Origin: an uncultured virus (IMG/VR IMGVR_UViG_3300042503_002084)
Lineage: Duplodnaviria > Heunggongvirae > Uroviricota > Caudoviricetes
Direction: 5' to 3' (one strand)
Virus record (IMG/VR): IMGVR_UViG_3300042503_002084
Length of the DNA: 64,000 nt
Shown here: positions 19,926 through 30,236 of the stretch, piece by piece
How positions within the stretch are numbered: position 1 is the stretch's first letter
Layout: each line of letters opens with the position of its first letter
Made by a program: the position numbers and the translations under genes
The notes under the pieces: generated by a model
The model's input: the letters and a program-made list of their open reading frames with translations, nothing else
Database searches by the model: none
Told to the model about the DNA's origin: nothing

Positions 19926-20767
19926 TTAGTCAAATATTCTTTTATGTAATCCTCAATATTAATTTTTGGTACCCAACCTAAAACATCTTTAGCCAATGTT
20001 GAATCGCATAAAGTTACTTGTGCTTCACCTGGTTTCTCACCTAGATGAATTTTAACCTTACCGAACATTTCAGCAATGTCGTTGATTGAGTAATTCTTAC
20101 CTCTCCCTAATTCAAATATGTGACCCCACGCTTGTTTTTGTTCAATTAAAATCAATGCGTCCACAATATCATTAATGTGTGTGAAATCTCTTCTTTTCTC
20201 ACCATCACCATAAACTTCCAATGGTAAACCTTTCTCGATTAGATTTTCCCATTTACCAATTAAAGTACAATATCCACCTTCTTTTAAATGATGTGGACCA
20301 TACACATTATAAAATCTAGCAATCGATGCCTTCAATTCAAAATGTGTTTGATATAAATTAATGATCTCTTCACCAATATCTTTGCTGAAGGTATACGGAT
20401 TTTTAAATTTACCACTATGATGTGAACTGCTTCCAGCATACACCAAAGGTATTTTATAATCTCTACAATAATTCACAACATACATTGTACCTAAACTATT
20501 TGTTTCGAAATATTCTACCGGTTGTTTAAACGACGGTTGTATTCTAGCGATCGCGGCTAAATGGTAAACTAAATCAAAATCACCGTAGTGAGCAAAGTTA
20601 CTTACGTTGATAATATCCTTTTCTATATATGTTGCGCCATCAACATGGTTACTTTCAAAACCACTATTATAGTTATCTATTGATACTACTGAATGACCCT
20701 CACTAACCAAACGTTTAATTAAATTGGTACCAACAAAGCCAGCACCACCAGTTACTAATATATTCAT
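19922..20767 (-). CDS. NAD-dependent nucleotide-sugar epimerase/dehydratase
   Basis: ILVTGGAGFVG, HLAA, PYTFSK (YxxxK), RFYNVYGP, RDFTH. Confidence 0.92.
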   Translation of the reverse strand: MNILVTGGAGFVGTNLIKRLVSEGHSVVSIDNYNSGFESNHVDGATYIEKDIINVSNFAHYGDFDLVYHLAAIARIQPSFKQPVEYFETNSLGTMYVVNYCRDYKIPLVYAGSSSHHSGKFKNPYTFSKDIGEEIINLYQTHFELKASIARFYNVYGPHHLKEGGYCTLIGKWENLIEKGLPLEVYGDGEKRRDFTHINDIVDALILIEQKQAWGHIFELGRGKNYSINDIAEMFGKVKIHLGEKPGEAQVTLCDSTLAKDVLGWVPKINIEDYIKEYLTK

Positions 20768-20777
20768 TATCTATTGT

Positions 20778-21386
20778 TTAAAATGGTAATTTATAATCTT
20801 TATCCTCTTTTTGTTTTTTAATGAACACAACGGACTCAATAAAAGTTATTGACTCAACACCAAACCTATTTTCTATTGTATAGTTTTTATCACAACGGTT
20901 GTTATTTTTTTCGATGGCATATGTTGCATTTATGTCATCCACTAAAGTTTTTAAAAATTCGATTGTTGTGAAATTACCTTTTCCTCCTCCGAAGTTCGGC
21001 CAATAAGATGTGTGTAAATCCTCTATAACATACCATCCGCCTGGCGATAGTTTAGGAAACATAACGTTAAATGTAACTAGTTGTTGATTCACTGTGTGAC
21101 CACCGTCATCAATTATAATGTCATAACCACCTAAAGAGTTTAAAAACTCCACATTTTCCTGATCGCCGATAATGACTTTAATCTTATTATTTTCGTCAGA
21201 AAATTTTAAACATCCGGGATCAATATCTACACCAACAATTTCAGTATCAGGAAACATGTTCCTCCAATATAATAAAGATTTACCGCTTTGAACACCAATT
21301 TCTAATATTCTAAGAGGATTAACATTTTTAAATTTATCTTCATACTCCACAAAATAATGTTCATATTTTCTACCTTCTCTTTGCAT
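20778..21386 (-). CDS. Class I SAM-dependent methyltransferase (similar to 660-1316)
   Basis: ILEIGV, VGVDI, GDQ, IIDDGGH, GGWYVIED. Confidence 0.85.
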   Translation of the reverse strand: MQREGRKYEHYFVEYEDKFKNVNPLRILEIGVQSGKSLLYWRNMFPDTEIVGVDIDPGCLKFSDENNKIKVIIGDQENVEFLNSLGGYDIIIDDGGHTVNQQLVTFNVMFPKLSPGGWYVIEDLHTSYWPNFGGGKGNFTTIEFLKTLVDDINATYAIEKNNNRCDKNYTIENRFGVESITFIESVVFIKKQKEDKDYKLPF

Positions 21387-21389
21387 AGA

Positions 21390-22157
21390 TTAAATTAAAT
21401 TAAAATTTTTTAAACCTTTATTCTCGCTTTCAATGTTTGAACTTTGAGTACCAGATATGTAACCTCTCTCACCTTCAACACAAAACTCTGAAACTCTGTA
21501 ATATGGTGACCCTTGAAAAACCTTGATACCATTCTTAACAATAAAATTCATTAAAGGATACACGGTATTATTCCAATCACTAACTTGATGAACATCTCTG
21601 TTACCAAATTTCTCACCAACCCTTGTTAATTTTACCATAGACAAATCAAATTTACCACCAATCTTTTCTATCATAGATTTTTTAAAAAATTCACAAGAAC
21701 CTCTTAACATACCTATTGGGGCACCTACACTATTTGTCCATATTTCCCACTTATCAAATAACTCATGTTCTATAATTTTCTTAAACCAATCATCTTTAAG
21801 AATTAAATTATCATCATGTGTGAATAACATTAACTCATAATCTTGGTAATTATATTCCTCTAACCATTGATTAGAACAACCCCAGTCACCAACAGTGTTT
21901 GGGTATTCTTTGTATACCCAACCCAAACTTTCAATTTCTTCGATTGTTGCGATCTTATTGTAAAGTTTTTCATCTAAATGTTTTCTATCACCCTTCAGAA
22001 CAACATCCTTTTTTTCAATTTCAGAATATTGCGGCTCTCTATGTGAAATGCAAAATATATCCATCGACCAACCATCTGGAAGTATTTGTTTAGATATGGC
22101 TTCATAAAAATGTAATGGGTAATGCCACCCAGAACAAACTACTGCAATTTTTTTCAT
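21390..22157 (-). CDS. Hypothetical protein, possible GT-A fold glycosyltransferase
   Basis: LFTHDD (DxD-like) motif, located in the glycan operon. Confidence 0.5.
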   Translation of the reverse strand: MKKIAVVCSGWHYPLHFYEAISKQILPDGWSMDIFCISHREPQYSEIEKKDVVLKGDRKHLDEKLYNKIATIEEIESLGWVYKEYPNTVGDWGCSNQWLEEYNYQDYELMLFTHDDNLILKDDWFKKIIEHELFDKWEIWTNSVGAPIGMLRGSCEFFKKSMIEKIGGKFDLSMVKLTRVGEKFGNRDVHQVSDWNNTVYPLMNFIVKNGIKVFQGSPYYRVSEFCVEGERGYISGTQSSNIESENKGLKNFNLI

Positions 22158-22711
22158 AATAATATTTTCGAAACTGATGGGAAGTTTTGATTTAAAACCT
22201 CGTAGTTTATTGTATTCTTGATTGAATTTATCGGTACTTTATTATACTTCTTCATCCAATCAATATTATCTCTTTCGATAGAACCACCCTCAAATATCAT
22301 TGTTGACCCACTTTCAAGTTTATTTTTTACTTTATTAAAAACATCACTTATAATGTTGCCATCATTTGATATATCTAAATGAAGTAAATCAAAATCTTCA
22401 ACAACCCAATCACTCATGTTCATTTGTTTTAATTCAATAAAATCAAGTAATGAATATTTTCTAATTGATTCCCTTGTCTTATCAATTGTTGAATGTTTAT
22501 ATGGATAGGCATCCCACAAATCATAGCAGGTAATTTTACCGCCATTATTAAGTTCTTGCAACGCCATAGCCATACTAATTGCAGAATAACCATTTAACGT
22601 ACCGAATTCAATTATTTTCTTTGGTTTTAATTCTAAAACCAAATTATATAATGTTTGTCCAATATCATGTTCACTATACGAACTTTCAACCTCAGGATTT
22701 TTATAAATCAT
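22154..22711 (-). CDS. Class I SAM-dependent methyltransferase (Methyltransf_24-like)
   Basis: IIEFGTLNGYSA, FDLLHLD. Confidence 0.75.
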   Translation of the reverse strand: MIYKNPEVESSYSEHDIGQTLYNLVLELKPKKIIEFGTLNGYSAISMAMALQELNNGGKITCYDLWDAYPYKHSTIDKTRESIRKYSLLDFIELKQMNMSDWVVEDFDLLHLDISNDGNIISDVFNKVKNKLESGSTMIFEGGSIERDNIDWMKKYNKVPINSIKNTINYEVLNQNFPSVSKILL

Positions 22712-22712
22712 A

Positions 22713-23897
22713 TTACCAACCTTTTTTTATGCAATCAACAATATATTCTCTTTCTTCTTTAGAAACCCACCAACCAACAGGTATTGATGATACTTTTTTA
22801 ATTGTACTATCTAAATTAGGTAACATATTTTTATATTCTCTAACGCAAGAATGGACATCATTTCTTTCATGAACCTGGGATGTCGCGATGCCCTTTTCAG
22901 CCATATATCTCTGGAAATCATCTCTATTGTCAACAAGAATACTGTAAATCCAGAAAGAAGATTCTCTGTCTTTATGTCTTTCTAATAATTCGATACCACT
23001 AACGTTTTTAAGTTCCTTATCGTAAAATTTAGCATTCTCTTTATGTTTAGATGTTATCTCATCAACATGCTTGAAATTCTCGTTACCTATGGATGCGTTT
23101 ATATCATTCATGTGGAATTTAAAACCCCATTCAGGTATGTCAGATTCACATCTAAAATCTTTTCTATTCCCATCTCTATCAATACCATACCATCTTAGTA
23201 GTTTTCCTCTTTTATAAAGATCATCATGAGGTAAAAATAACAAACCACCATCACCAGAAGTGATATGTTTTATCGCTTGTAAACTAAATGTACAAATGTT
23301 TCCATGAGTACCAATAAGTTTATTCTTGTACTTACTACCCATAGCGTGTGCACAATCTTCAATGATTGCTGGTTTAAACCCATACAACCTAAATGCTTGT
23401 TCTTGGATATCTTTTAACTTATCTAAATCAATAGGATACCCACCCCAATGCACAACAAAAATTGCTTTTGTTTTTGGTGTGATTTTTCTTGCTAAGTCAT
23501 CTAAATCCATATTCAATGTTTTTGGATCGATGTCTACCCATTTAATATTAAAATTATTCGCAAGTATTGGCCAATTAGTTGCGGTACACGTCAATGGTGT
23601 TGTTAATATTTCATCACCAACCTCAATGCCAGGCCAACTTGATTCATATTGAGCATATCCATCGATACCTTTTAAAAATTTATTTGGTTTTTTTAATAGG
23701 TGTAGTGCTAAATGTTCAGCAGATGTCGCCGAGTTTAATGTTAATATCTTATCGTGCCTGAAATACTGTTTAAGGTTTTCCTCAAACTCATCAACAACTG
23801 GACCCTGACCAATGAATCCGCTTTTCAACACATCTGATACTTTATCATTTACGGTATCAGACATAAACACTTTAAATAATGGAATATTTTTTTTCAT
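22713..23897 (-). CDS. DegT/DnrJ/EryC1/StrS sugar aminotransferase
   Basis: NSATSA, VHWGG, IIEDCAHA, FSLQAIKHITSGDGG (PLP-binding Lys). Confidence 0.93.
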   Translation of the reverse strand: MKKNIPLFKVFMSDTVNDKVSDVLKSGFIGQGPVVDEFEENLKQYFRHDKILTLNSATSAEHLALHLLKKPNKFLKGIDGYAQYESSWPGIEVGDEILTTPLTCTATNWPILANNFNIKWVDIDPKTLNMDLDDLARKITPKTKAIFVVHWGGYPIDLDKLKDIQEQAFRLYGFKPAIIEDCAHAMGSKYKNKLIGTHGNICTFSLQAIKHITSGDGGLLFLPHDDLYKRGKLLRWYGIDRDGNRKDFRCESDIPEWGFKFHMNDINASIGNENFKHVDEITSKHKENAKFYDKELKNVSGIELLERHKDRESSFWIYSILVDNRDDFQRYMAEKGIATSQVHERNDVHSCVREYKNMLPNLDSTIKKVSSIPVGWWVSKEEREYIVDCIKKGW

Positions 23898-23949
23898 TTA
23901 CTATTTTATTTACTACAATTTAATTATTTTTTTTTATATTTTAAAGGTT

Positions 23950-24546
23950 TTAAAAACGTGTCCAGTTAAATCTAATTCTTTTAGTTTTTTCTAAATTCAC
24001 TTTCCTTCCGTATAGTGTGGAATTTATATGTGTGTCACGCTCTAAGTTTGATGAACTTTCTTTGGCGTAAACTTTTACTTTTAAATCATCAAGTTTAACC
24101 ACATTTAAAAATCTAGAACACTTTTTATGAAAGTGTAGATCGTCATAACCATAATTACCACAAAAATCTTCATCATAACCACCAATCTTTTCAAAATCGT
24201 CTTTATGTATCATGAAAACATTAATACTTTTTTTAGTATCTTCCCTACCCAAATAATAAACGGTTCCAACTTCCTTATATAATGAATTCAATCTATCGTA
24301 AATGTCTCTTGTTAATAAATGATCAATGTCCAAACAAATCACCCATCCATTTAATTCTTGAAACCCTAGGTTTCTTGCTCCTGGTTGATTCCATTTAATA
24401 TCATCAATTACCCTTAATACTTCGATACCATCAATAGACCCTAATGGCTCTTTGGAACAATCGTCAACAATCATTGTTTTTATCCCTTGCTCAACTATTT
24501 GGGGTATCCTTTCTTTCTGTCCAAAATATGTGTACAGTACTGTCAT
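23950..24546 (-). CDS. Glycosyltransferase (GT2/GT7-C-like)
   Basis: IVDDCS, ARNLG, LDID, IGGYDEDF.GNYGYDD. Confidence 0.8.
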   Translation of the reverse strand: MTVLYTYFGQKERIPQIVEQGIKTMIVDDCSKEPLGSIDGIEVLRVIDDIKWNQPGARNLGFQELNGWVICLDIDHLLTRDIYDRLNSLYKEVGTVYYLGREDTKKSINVFMIHKDDFEKIGGYDEDFCGNYGYDDLHFHKKCSRFLNVVKLDDLKVKVYAKESSSNLERDTHINSTLYGRKVNLEKTKRIRFNWTRF

Positions 24547-24548
24547 GT

Positions 24549-25247
24549 TTAACGCTTTAAATGTCTACCCTGATCTGCAAAATATTCGTTACCACCCATT
24601 TCACCTTGCATTGTGAATAGATTTGCGTAACCCTTTAACTTTTTTTTCTTTATTTTATTACCCATCTTCCATAGACAATAAGGGAAACTAATTTGATCTC
24701 TAGAACTAAATCTACAAATTTGTTCCCACCACATTAATTGCAACTCTTTAACTGCGTCACTTGTCTTAACAATGAATGTAGACATTTCAAATAATCCATA
24801 CATACTCGGCATTCTATTAACCATATAATGATCATACTGCGATTGAATATTTTCTCTAAGATCTAAATTCCATTGTGCACATGCATTCATTTCCTGATAT
24901 ATACATTTTCTGTCAGGATGTTTGAATACCATGACATCACTATCCACACCATACTCGTCAATAATTAACTGTGGGTCTTTTTTAAGTTGATGGTTACCAT
25001 CTTCCCAAATAATGTATTCATACTGAGGAAACATAACCGCAGATAAAATTTTATAAGGTTTAGCGTCTCTTCTGTCTTTATACTTATCTATGGTTGAGAA
25101 TTTTAAAACTTCCCTTTGTTCCCACACGGTTCCTTCTGTTTTTTTATCAACATAAGCGATGTAGTCACAGTTATCAAATATAACTGGTGGGTCAATTAAT
25201 TTATCCTTATCGTTAGTTATTGCTGTTAATACTAAGAATTTTTTCAT
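24549..25247 (-). CDS. DUF616/TOD1-MUCI70-like glycosyltransferase domain protein
   Basis: IWEDGN, HPDRKCIYQE, WWEQI..FSSRDQISFPY. Confidence 0.75.
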   Translation of the reverse strand: MKKFLVLTAITNDKDKLIDPPVIFDNCDYIAYVDKKTEGTVWEQREVLKFSTIDKYKDRRDAKPYKILSAVMFPQYEYIIWEDGNHQLKKDPQLIIDEYGVDSDVMVFKHPDRKCIYQEMNACAQWNLDLRENIQSQYDHYMVNRMPSMYGLFEMSTFIVKTSDAVKELQLMWWEQICRFSSRDQISFPYCLWKMGNKIKKKKLKGYANLFTMQGEMGGNEYFADQGRHLKR

Positions 25248-25873
25248 TATATTGTGGTATAAAAGTTGTTTTGTTTTTCTTGTTTTTGAATTGTTTTGTG
25301 ATGCTCAATAAAATACAACTCATCGTTTGTTGGTAAAACTGAAAATCTAGTCCCACCGATAATCTTTTCATGAACTCTACCATACCATGACATTTTCTTT
25401 CTATAAACCCTACCTTGATAATCAGGAAAATTAACCCAACCTTTCTCGTTAACTTTCCAGCCCCATTTGGTGATATGTTCTTCAGTTATACCAGATACCG
25501 TATTGATTCTTGGTAGATAAAATAAATCAACTTCCTGATTTAACAAAACAATTTCCCAAATATTCTTAACAAGATATTCACTTATCATTTCATCAGCATC
25601 TAATTGAAAGATATAATCACCCGTACAGTATGAGTTTAATATGTTTTTCCAATCAGCGAAGTTATTCTTAAAGTCCAAAGATCTCCAGGTTTGGATGTTC
25701 GGTTTAAGGTTATACGGTAAAAGGAAATCTAACACCTCTTTTGATCCATTTGTTTCGTCAAATAGAATAACAACCTCATCCTCTACTCTTTTATGCTCCA
25801 AAAGAAATGGAACTAATCTTTTTATTTCATCTAGTTCATTACAAACAGTAATTGCAAAACTAATCTTGTTCAT
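25247..25873 (-). CDS. Glycosyltransferase family 2
   Basis: ISFAITVCNE, NFADWKN, IFQLDADE, PDYQGR, VHE. Confidence 0.85.
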   Translation of the reverse strand: MNKISFAITVCNELDEIKRLVPFLLEHKRVEDEVVILFDETNGSKEVLDFLLPYNLKPNIQTWRSLDFKNNFADWKNILNSYCTGDYIFQLDADEMISEYLVKNIWEIVLLNQEVDLFYLPRINTVSGITEEHITKWGWKVNEKGWVNFPDYQGRVYRKKMSWYGRVHEKIIGGTRFSVLPTNDELYFIEHHKTIQKQEKQNNFYTTI

Positions 25874-25874
25874 T

Positions 25875-27131
25875 TTATTTTATTTTCTCTAATTTAGGTA
25901 GTTTAATGTCAACCATTTTTGGTTGAGGAATAATCGGTTGTAGATACGTTGCTAATTTATTTTTCATCTCTTCCATAGTGAACTTAACACTGTTCTCTAA
26001 CCTTAAATTTTCTGAACGCTCAATAAATTTTTCATATTGATTGTATACAATACTCATCACCTCCCCAAATTCATTGTAGTTAGCAGTAAACCATTTAGAA
26101 CCTTTCAATATAAACGTATCAACAGCACTATCATGAACTTCAGTTAACGTTCCACCAATTAATACTGCTTTATCTATTGGTAGAAAATCTTTATGTCCAG
26201 ACCAGTTAGATGCTATAATTGGTTTACCTGTCATTGAAAACTCTAGTAACGGTCTACCAAACCCTTCACCCTTAGTGATTGACACCATACCCTTTACTTT
26301 AGGGTGGTTATAAAGTTCGTTCATTTCTTCATCAGATAATTCACCGAACAATAGATAAACAGATGGCGGGTTTTCAATTTGACCAACAACATCTTGGATC
26401 TTTCTTCTCATTTCTTCTCTTGCCATTACAGAAAATCCAGCATAAGATGTTTTTAAAATTAACGCTGGCGCATTTTCAAGGTCTTTGAATTTTTGTGTAA
26501 ACACCCTCAACAACATGCCTATGTCTTTCCTATCTTGACCAACGTCACCTTTTAACCAATGACCAACAAATAGATAGCAGAAATCTTCTTTAATGTGTGA
26601 AAGATCAAAGGTACCATTCGGCGTATTATTAAAAATTTTAGTATTAACACCTTCAAACAACACCTCAATATTTTTATTAATTTTATGTTGCTTTAATAAT
26701 CTACCGGTCCTGTTTTCTGTTTCATTATATACTGTTGTGAGTAACACATCTTTTGAAAATTCTGATGTAGTAATAACCAAATCCATTTTGTTACAACCGT
26801 CGACCCATTCTTTAGGTGCAACAGTCGTTTCAATACCTGCCGTTATTCCAATGTTAAACCTGCCTTTAGGTGTAAATTCGTTTGGGACAGTCACCTCAAT
26901 ATAAATGTCTGGTGTAGTATTAATTGCTAAAACAATATTTGATTCAATCCAATTATGAAATGGGTTTTTAGAATCTAATGCTGTCAAAGGGGTTCCACCC
27001 CATAAGCAACTATCTATTTTAATATCATATAAATCTAATTCGTACAATGCTTGTAAAATATCTCTAGCATGTGCACCATATCCGCTTCTTGTTTTAACTG
27101 GTCCTCTAAATAATAAAAATGGTTTACTCAT
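25875..27131 (-). CDS. Glycosyltransferase, GT4/GT-B
   Basis: SGYG, FVGHW...RKD, GEGFGRPLLE, IASNWSGH. Confidence 0.85.
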   Translation of the reverse strand: MSKPFLLFRGPVKTRSGYGAHARDILQALYELDLYDIKIDSCLWGGTPLTALDSKNPFHNWIESNIVLAINTTPDIYIEVTVPNEFTPKGRFNIGITAGIETTVAPKEWVDGCNKMDLVITTSEFSKDVLLTTVYNETENRTGRLLKQHKINKNIEVLFEGVNTKIFNNTPNGTFDLSHIKEDFCYLFVGHWLKGDVGQDRKDIGMLLRVFTQKFKDLENAPALILKTSYAGFSVMAREEMRRKIQDVVGQIENPPSVYLLFGELSDEEMNELYNHPKVKGMVSITKGEGFGRPLLEFSMTGKPIIASNWSGHKDFLPIDKAVLIGGTLTEVHDSAVDTFILKGSKWFTANYNEFGEVMSIVYNQYEKFIERSENLRLENSVKFTMEEMKNKLATYLQPIIPQPKMVDIKLPKLEKIK

Positions 27132-28489
27132 ATTACTTTGTATATATCGTATTTTTTTCTTGGTTTATAGTTTTTTAAAGTTGTTTCCACTCCCTCAACT
27201 ATTTTATTACACATCACTTCCGATGAAAGATTATCAATTGCGAATGTTCTACCTATTAAACCTTTTTCTTTTCTATTGTCTTTACCTAAATCGTACATTT
27301 CTTTAATAGCATCAGCAACATCATTGTTATTAACTCTGTCGTCATAAATGTATGGTGTTACAGGTGAACCGTTTAAGTTAATTGCTGCAGGCCAAACTGG
27401 AATTACCCATTCGCCATTTGCTGGAACATCTTCGTGCCTTCCTATGTTATGTAATGAACCGATTTTTACATAATCATCAGCAGAAAAATTAAATCCACAT
27501 TGATCTTGTAATCCACCAGTAACATTAACAATGATGGGTGTTCCCGCCATTATACTTTCTGCGGTAGTTAAACCAAAACCTTCATTGTTTGCTATGTTTA
27601 TTGTGCAATCAACAATGTTATATATTTTATTTAATGTCTCTTGCTCAATCTTAGAATTAGTAAATCTAACATCATAGTCAGGACAAAGTTTTTTAACAAC
27701 CGCTGGTAAATCGGTTCCATTATTGTCTACTGGCGCCGTGTGCATTAATAACAAACATTTACTTGCTTGCTCCTTTGTCAATTTATCACAGAACAATTTG
27801 TAAGAATAGATAACATCAGATGGTTGTTTTCTACGTATATTTCTATTGTTATAAAATAGAATAAAATCATATTCTTTACCACCACAAAGTTTACCTTTTA
27901 ATTCCTCATCAATAAGATCCATCGGCCTAAACACTTTAGGATTAATACCGTGTGGGACATAAGAAACCTGCCAATCTTCTAATTTTTTCTGTGTAACATG
28001 TTCAGTTAACGCAGAAATTCTTTTTACTAAACCATATGTTTGCATAGATATACAACCAATCCAATCACAACTTTCATAATAATCTCTATTATAATCAGGA
28101 TCAGGTAAGTTATCCCACACGTGGTAGTAAAGAATTGGAACTTGTTGTCTAATTTCATGTTCAGCATCATATAACCAATGCCAGTAATGTGGGTCCGTGA
28201 AATGTAAAATAACATCTGGTTTCTCAAATGCAATTAATTTTCTTAATATATGGATATCACCATACCCATTATTTGGGTATATTTTAAGATTAGCGTCCGC
28301 AATCCCGGTTCTTTTTCTAACATCTTCATTGACGTCAACAATTTTACCTGCTTCAGCATGATTAACCGCAGCACCTAATTGAACCCAATCAAATTTATCT
28401 AGTGTACCCATGACAATCTCTTTTGACATAGTGGAAATACCAGAAGTCATTCTAAGATCATCAGATAATAATAGTATCTTTTTCTTCAT
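27128..28489 (-). CDS. Glycosyltransferase, GT4/GT-B
   Basis: PHGI, NRNIRRK, NEGFGLTTAES...GTPII..TGGLQDQ. Confidence 0.88.
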   Translation of the reverse strand: MKKKILLLSDDLRMTSGISTMSKEIVMGTLDKFDWVQLGAAVNHAEAGKIVDVNEDVRKRTGIADANLKIYPNNGYGDIHILRKLIAFEKPDVILHFTDPHYWHWLYDAEHEIRQQVPILYYHVWDNLPDPDYNRDYYESCDWIGCISMQTYGLVKRISALTEHVTQKKLEDWQVSYVPHGINPKVFRPMDLIDEELKGKLCGGKEYDFILFYNNRNIRRKQPSDVIYSYKLFCDKLTKEQASKCLLLMHTAPVDNNGTDLPAVVKKLCPDYDVRFTNSKIEQETLNKIYNIVDCTINIANNEGFGLTTAESIMAGTPIIVNVTGGLQDQCGFNFSADDYVKIGSLHNIGRHEDVPANGEWVIPVWPAAINLNGSPVTPYIYDDRVNNNDVADAIKEMYDLGKDNRKEKGLIGRTFAIDNLSSEVMCNKIVEGVETTLKNYKPRKKYDIYKVI

Positions 28490-28492
28490 TAA

Positions 28493-28690
28493 TTAGAACT
28501 TTTTTTCTGAAGTGTGTGTAATTTTATGGGTGTTAATTTTTAAACGAAAATCTTCGTCATTGTTGTATAAGTCCATACATCTATTAACTAATTTTTGGAG
28601 GTTTATTGTCCCATCAATAACCTCAACCTTGAACTTCTTATAAAGTTCATCAACAACATGAACAGTTGTTAGTTTTGTTTTTGCTTTCAT
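28493..28690 (-). CDS. Small protein, possibly ribbon-helix-helix DNA-binding, heading the glycan operon
   Basis: MKAKTKLTTVHVVDELYKKFK...LQKLVNRCMDLY (strand-helix-helix pattern). ATG at 28690. Confidence 0.5.
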   Translation of the reverse strand: MKAKTKLTTVHVVDELYKKFKVEVIDGTINLQKLVNRCMDLYNNDEDFRLKINTHKITHTSEKKF

Positions 28691-28721
28691 AATTATGTAT
28701 ATCAGTATATATAGTAAGGTC

Positions 28722-28746
28722 AAAAAAAATGGACTTAGTCCATTTT
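28722..28746 (-). terminator. Intrinsic terminator
   Basis: AAAATGGAC-TAA-GTCCATTTT hairpin running into a T tract on the minus strand, immediately after the 28748-28885 ORF. Confidence 0.6.
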
Positions 28747-28747
28747 A

Positions 28748-28885
28748 TTACCTTTTATCGCCAATATTCTTTAATAGCGTTGTCATTTTTAACACTTGAT
28801 CTTGAGTTGTTGCTTGAGGTACAGTAGGCGTAACTGTAGGGGTTTGTGCACTTTCTACCTTCTTTTTTTTACATCCGCATGCCAT
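28748..28885 (-). CDS. Small basic protein starting MACGCKKKK
   Basis: 45-aa ORF with upstream TATTTAT (28901-28907) and a downstream terminator. Confidence 0.6.
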   Translation of the reverse strand: MACGCKKKKVESAQTPTVTPTVPQATTQDQVLKMTTLLKNIGDKR

Positions 28886-29002
28886 GGTATTTCTTTTTAA
28901 ATAAATAGTTATTTTACATAAAATATGCATTTTACTTTACATTTTAAACAATAAATTCGCCTAATTTTTTTTATTTTAAAATTTTTTTTGTATATTAGGG
29001 GT

Positions 29003-29194
29003 ATGAACGCAATATTTGGTGGTTTATTAGAAATACAATCGGACGAACAACTTGAAGAGATGGTCAATACCATGGACTCTACTCTAGCGGTTAAATTATT
29101 AGAATTTGCTCTGGAAAACTGTACAGACAAATTTACTTTACTTGAGAATCACTTGATTTACAAGTGTTTAGAAACAATAAAAAACAATAAATAA
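29003..29194 (+). CDS. Hypothetical protein
   Basis: ATG just after a TATATTAG promoter-like motif. Confidence 0.6.
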   Translation: MNAIFGGLLEIQSDEQLEEMVNTMDSTLAVKLLEFALENCTDKFTLLENHLIYKCLETIKNNK

Positions 29195-29195
29195 G

Positions 29196-29486
29196 ATGGA
29201 CTTAACAGCAGAAATGGAGAATTACAACAAGGTTAAAGACATTGTGCTGAACAAATTAGTAAGTGAGGGTCTATTAGACCAATCTGATTCAGAAGAATTT
29301 TCTGAAAGATGTCAGGTTTTGGCTTACAAAGGTAAATGGTTTAGTAAATGGTTTGACAAGAATGTAAAATCTGAAAATTCTAGTGCCAATCCTGATAGTT
29401 ATTACATTCGCATAGTTGAACTCAAAGAAAGAGAAGACGATGTGGATCGTTTATTAAGAAGAACAACAGGCAACTATGACGAATAA
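29196..29486 (+). CDS. Hypothetical protein
   Basis: Tightly packed ORF. Confidence 0.6.
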   Translation: MDLTAEMENYNKVKDIVLNKLVSEGLLDQSDSEEFSERCQVLAYKGKWFSKWFDKNVKSENSSANPDSYYIRIVELKEREDDVDRLLRRTTGNYDE

Positions 29487-29697
29487 AAAAGTATATTTAA
29501 AAGATTTTTTTGTTTATAAAAAGAAACATCATTGGTTTATAATACCAACGGTTGTTTTCTTTTATAATAAAGAAACTTTCTTAGAGACGGGCGTTTACAG
29601 TCCATCCTGGGGATTAACAATAAGATGGTTAACATACATGATTGGTTTTCAAATACAAGAAGGGTATGAAATAAATCAAGACAAAACTAACAAATGA
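29476..29697 (+). CDS. Hypothetical protein
   Basis: Overlaps both neighbours in an operon-like way. Confidence 0.55.
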   Translation: MTNKKVYLKDFFVYKKKHHWFIIPTVVFFYNKETFLETGVYSPSWGLTIRWLTYMIGFQIQEGYEINQDKTNK

Positions 29698-30236
29698 GAA
29701 AATATTACGGATCATTCATTATATTAATTTTAGTGTTATCACTATACAGAATAATACCAGGCAGACCATACGGCTTTGCTCCACAAATAGCCGTAGCATT
29801 ATTTTCTGGATCATTATTTTTTGATAATAAGAAATTAGCATTCTTGATGCCCTTGTTATCAATGTTTATTAGCGATGTTTTTTATGAATTCCTTTACATT
29901 AATAATATGTGGGATATTCCAGGTTTTTATAATGGTCAAATATTAAACTACATAACATTGATGTCAATTGTTCTAATTGGATTTATAACAAAAAATAATT
30001 TTTATTCAATCATTAAAGGTTCCATCATTGGGCCGGTTGCTTATTTTTTAATTAGTAACTATACTGTTTGGATTAGTGGTGGTGGTTATCATAGAACAAC
30101 TTTAATAGAATGTTACGTGGATGGTTTACCATTTTTTAAAACATCAATGTATGCCACATTATTTTTTAGTTTTATGTTATTTGGTTTATATAAACTAGTG
30201 AACAAAAAAGAAGTGTTAAATGAACAGTATCGATAA
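29694..30236 (+). CDS. DUF6580-like putative transport membrane protein
   Basis: FAPQIAVALFSG, PLLSMFISD, YFLISN, CYVDGLPFF. About 5 TM segments. Confidence 0.7.
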   Translation: MRKYYGSFIILILVLSLYRIIPGRPYGFAPQIAVALFSGSLFFDNKKLAFLMPLLSMFISDVFYEFLYINNMWDIPGFYNGQILNYITLMSIVLIGFITKNNFYSIIKGSIIGPVAYFLISNYTVWISGGGYHRTTLIECYVDGLPFFKTSMYATLFFSFMLFGLYKLVNKKEVLNEQYR

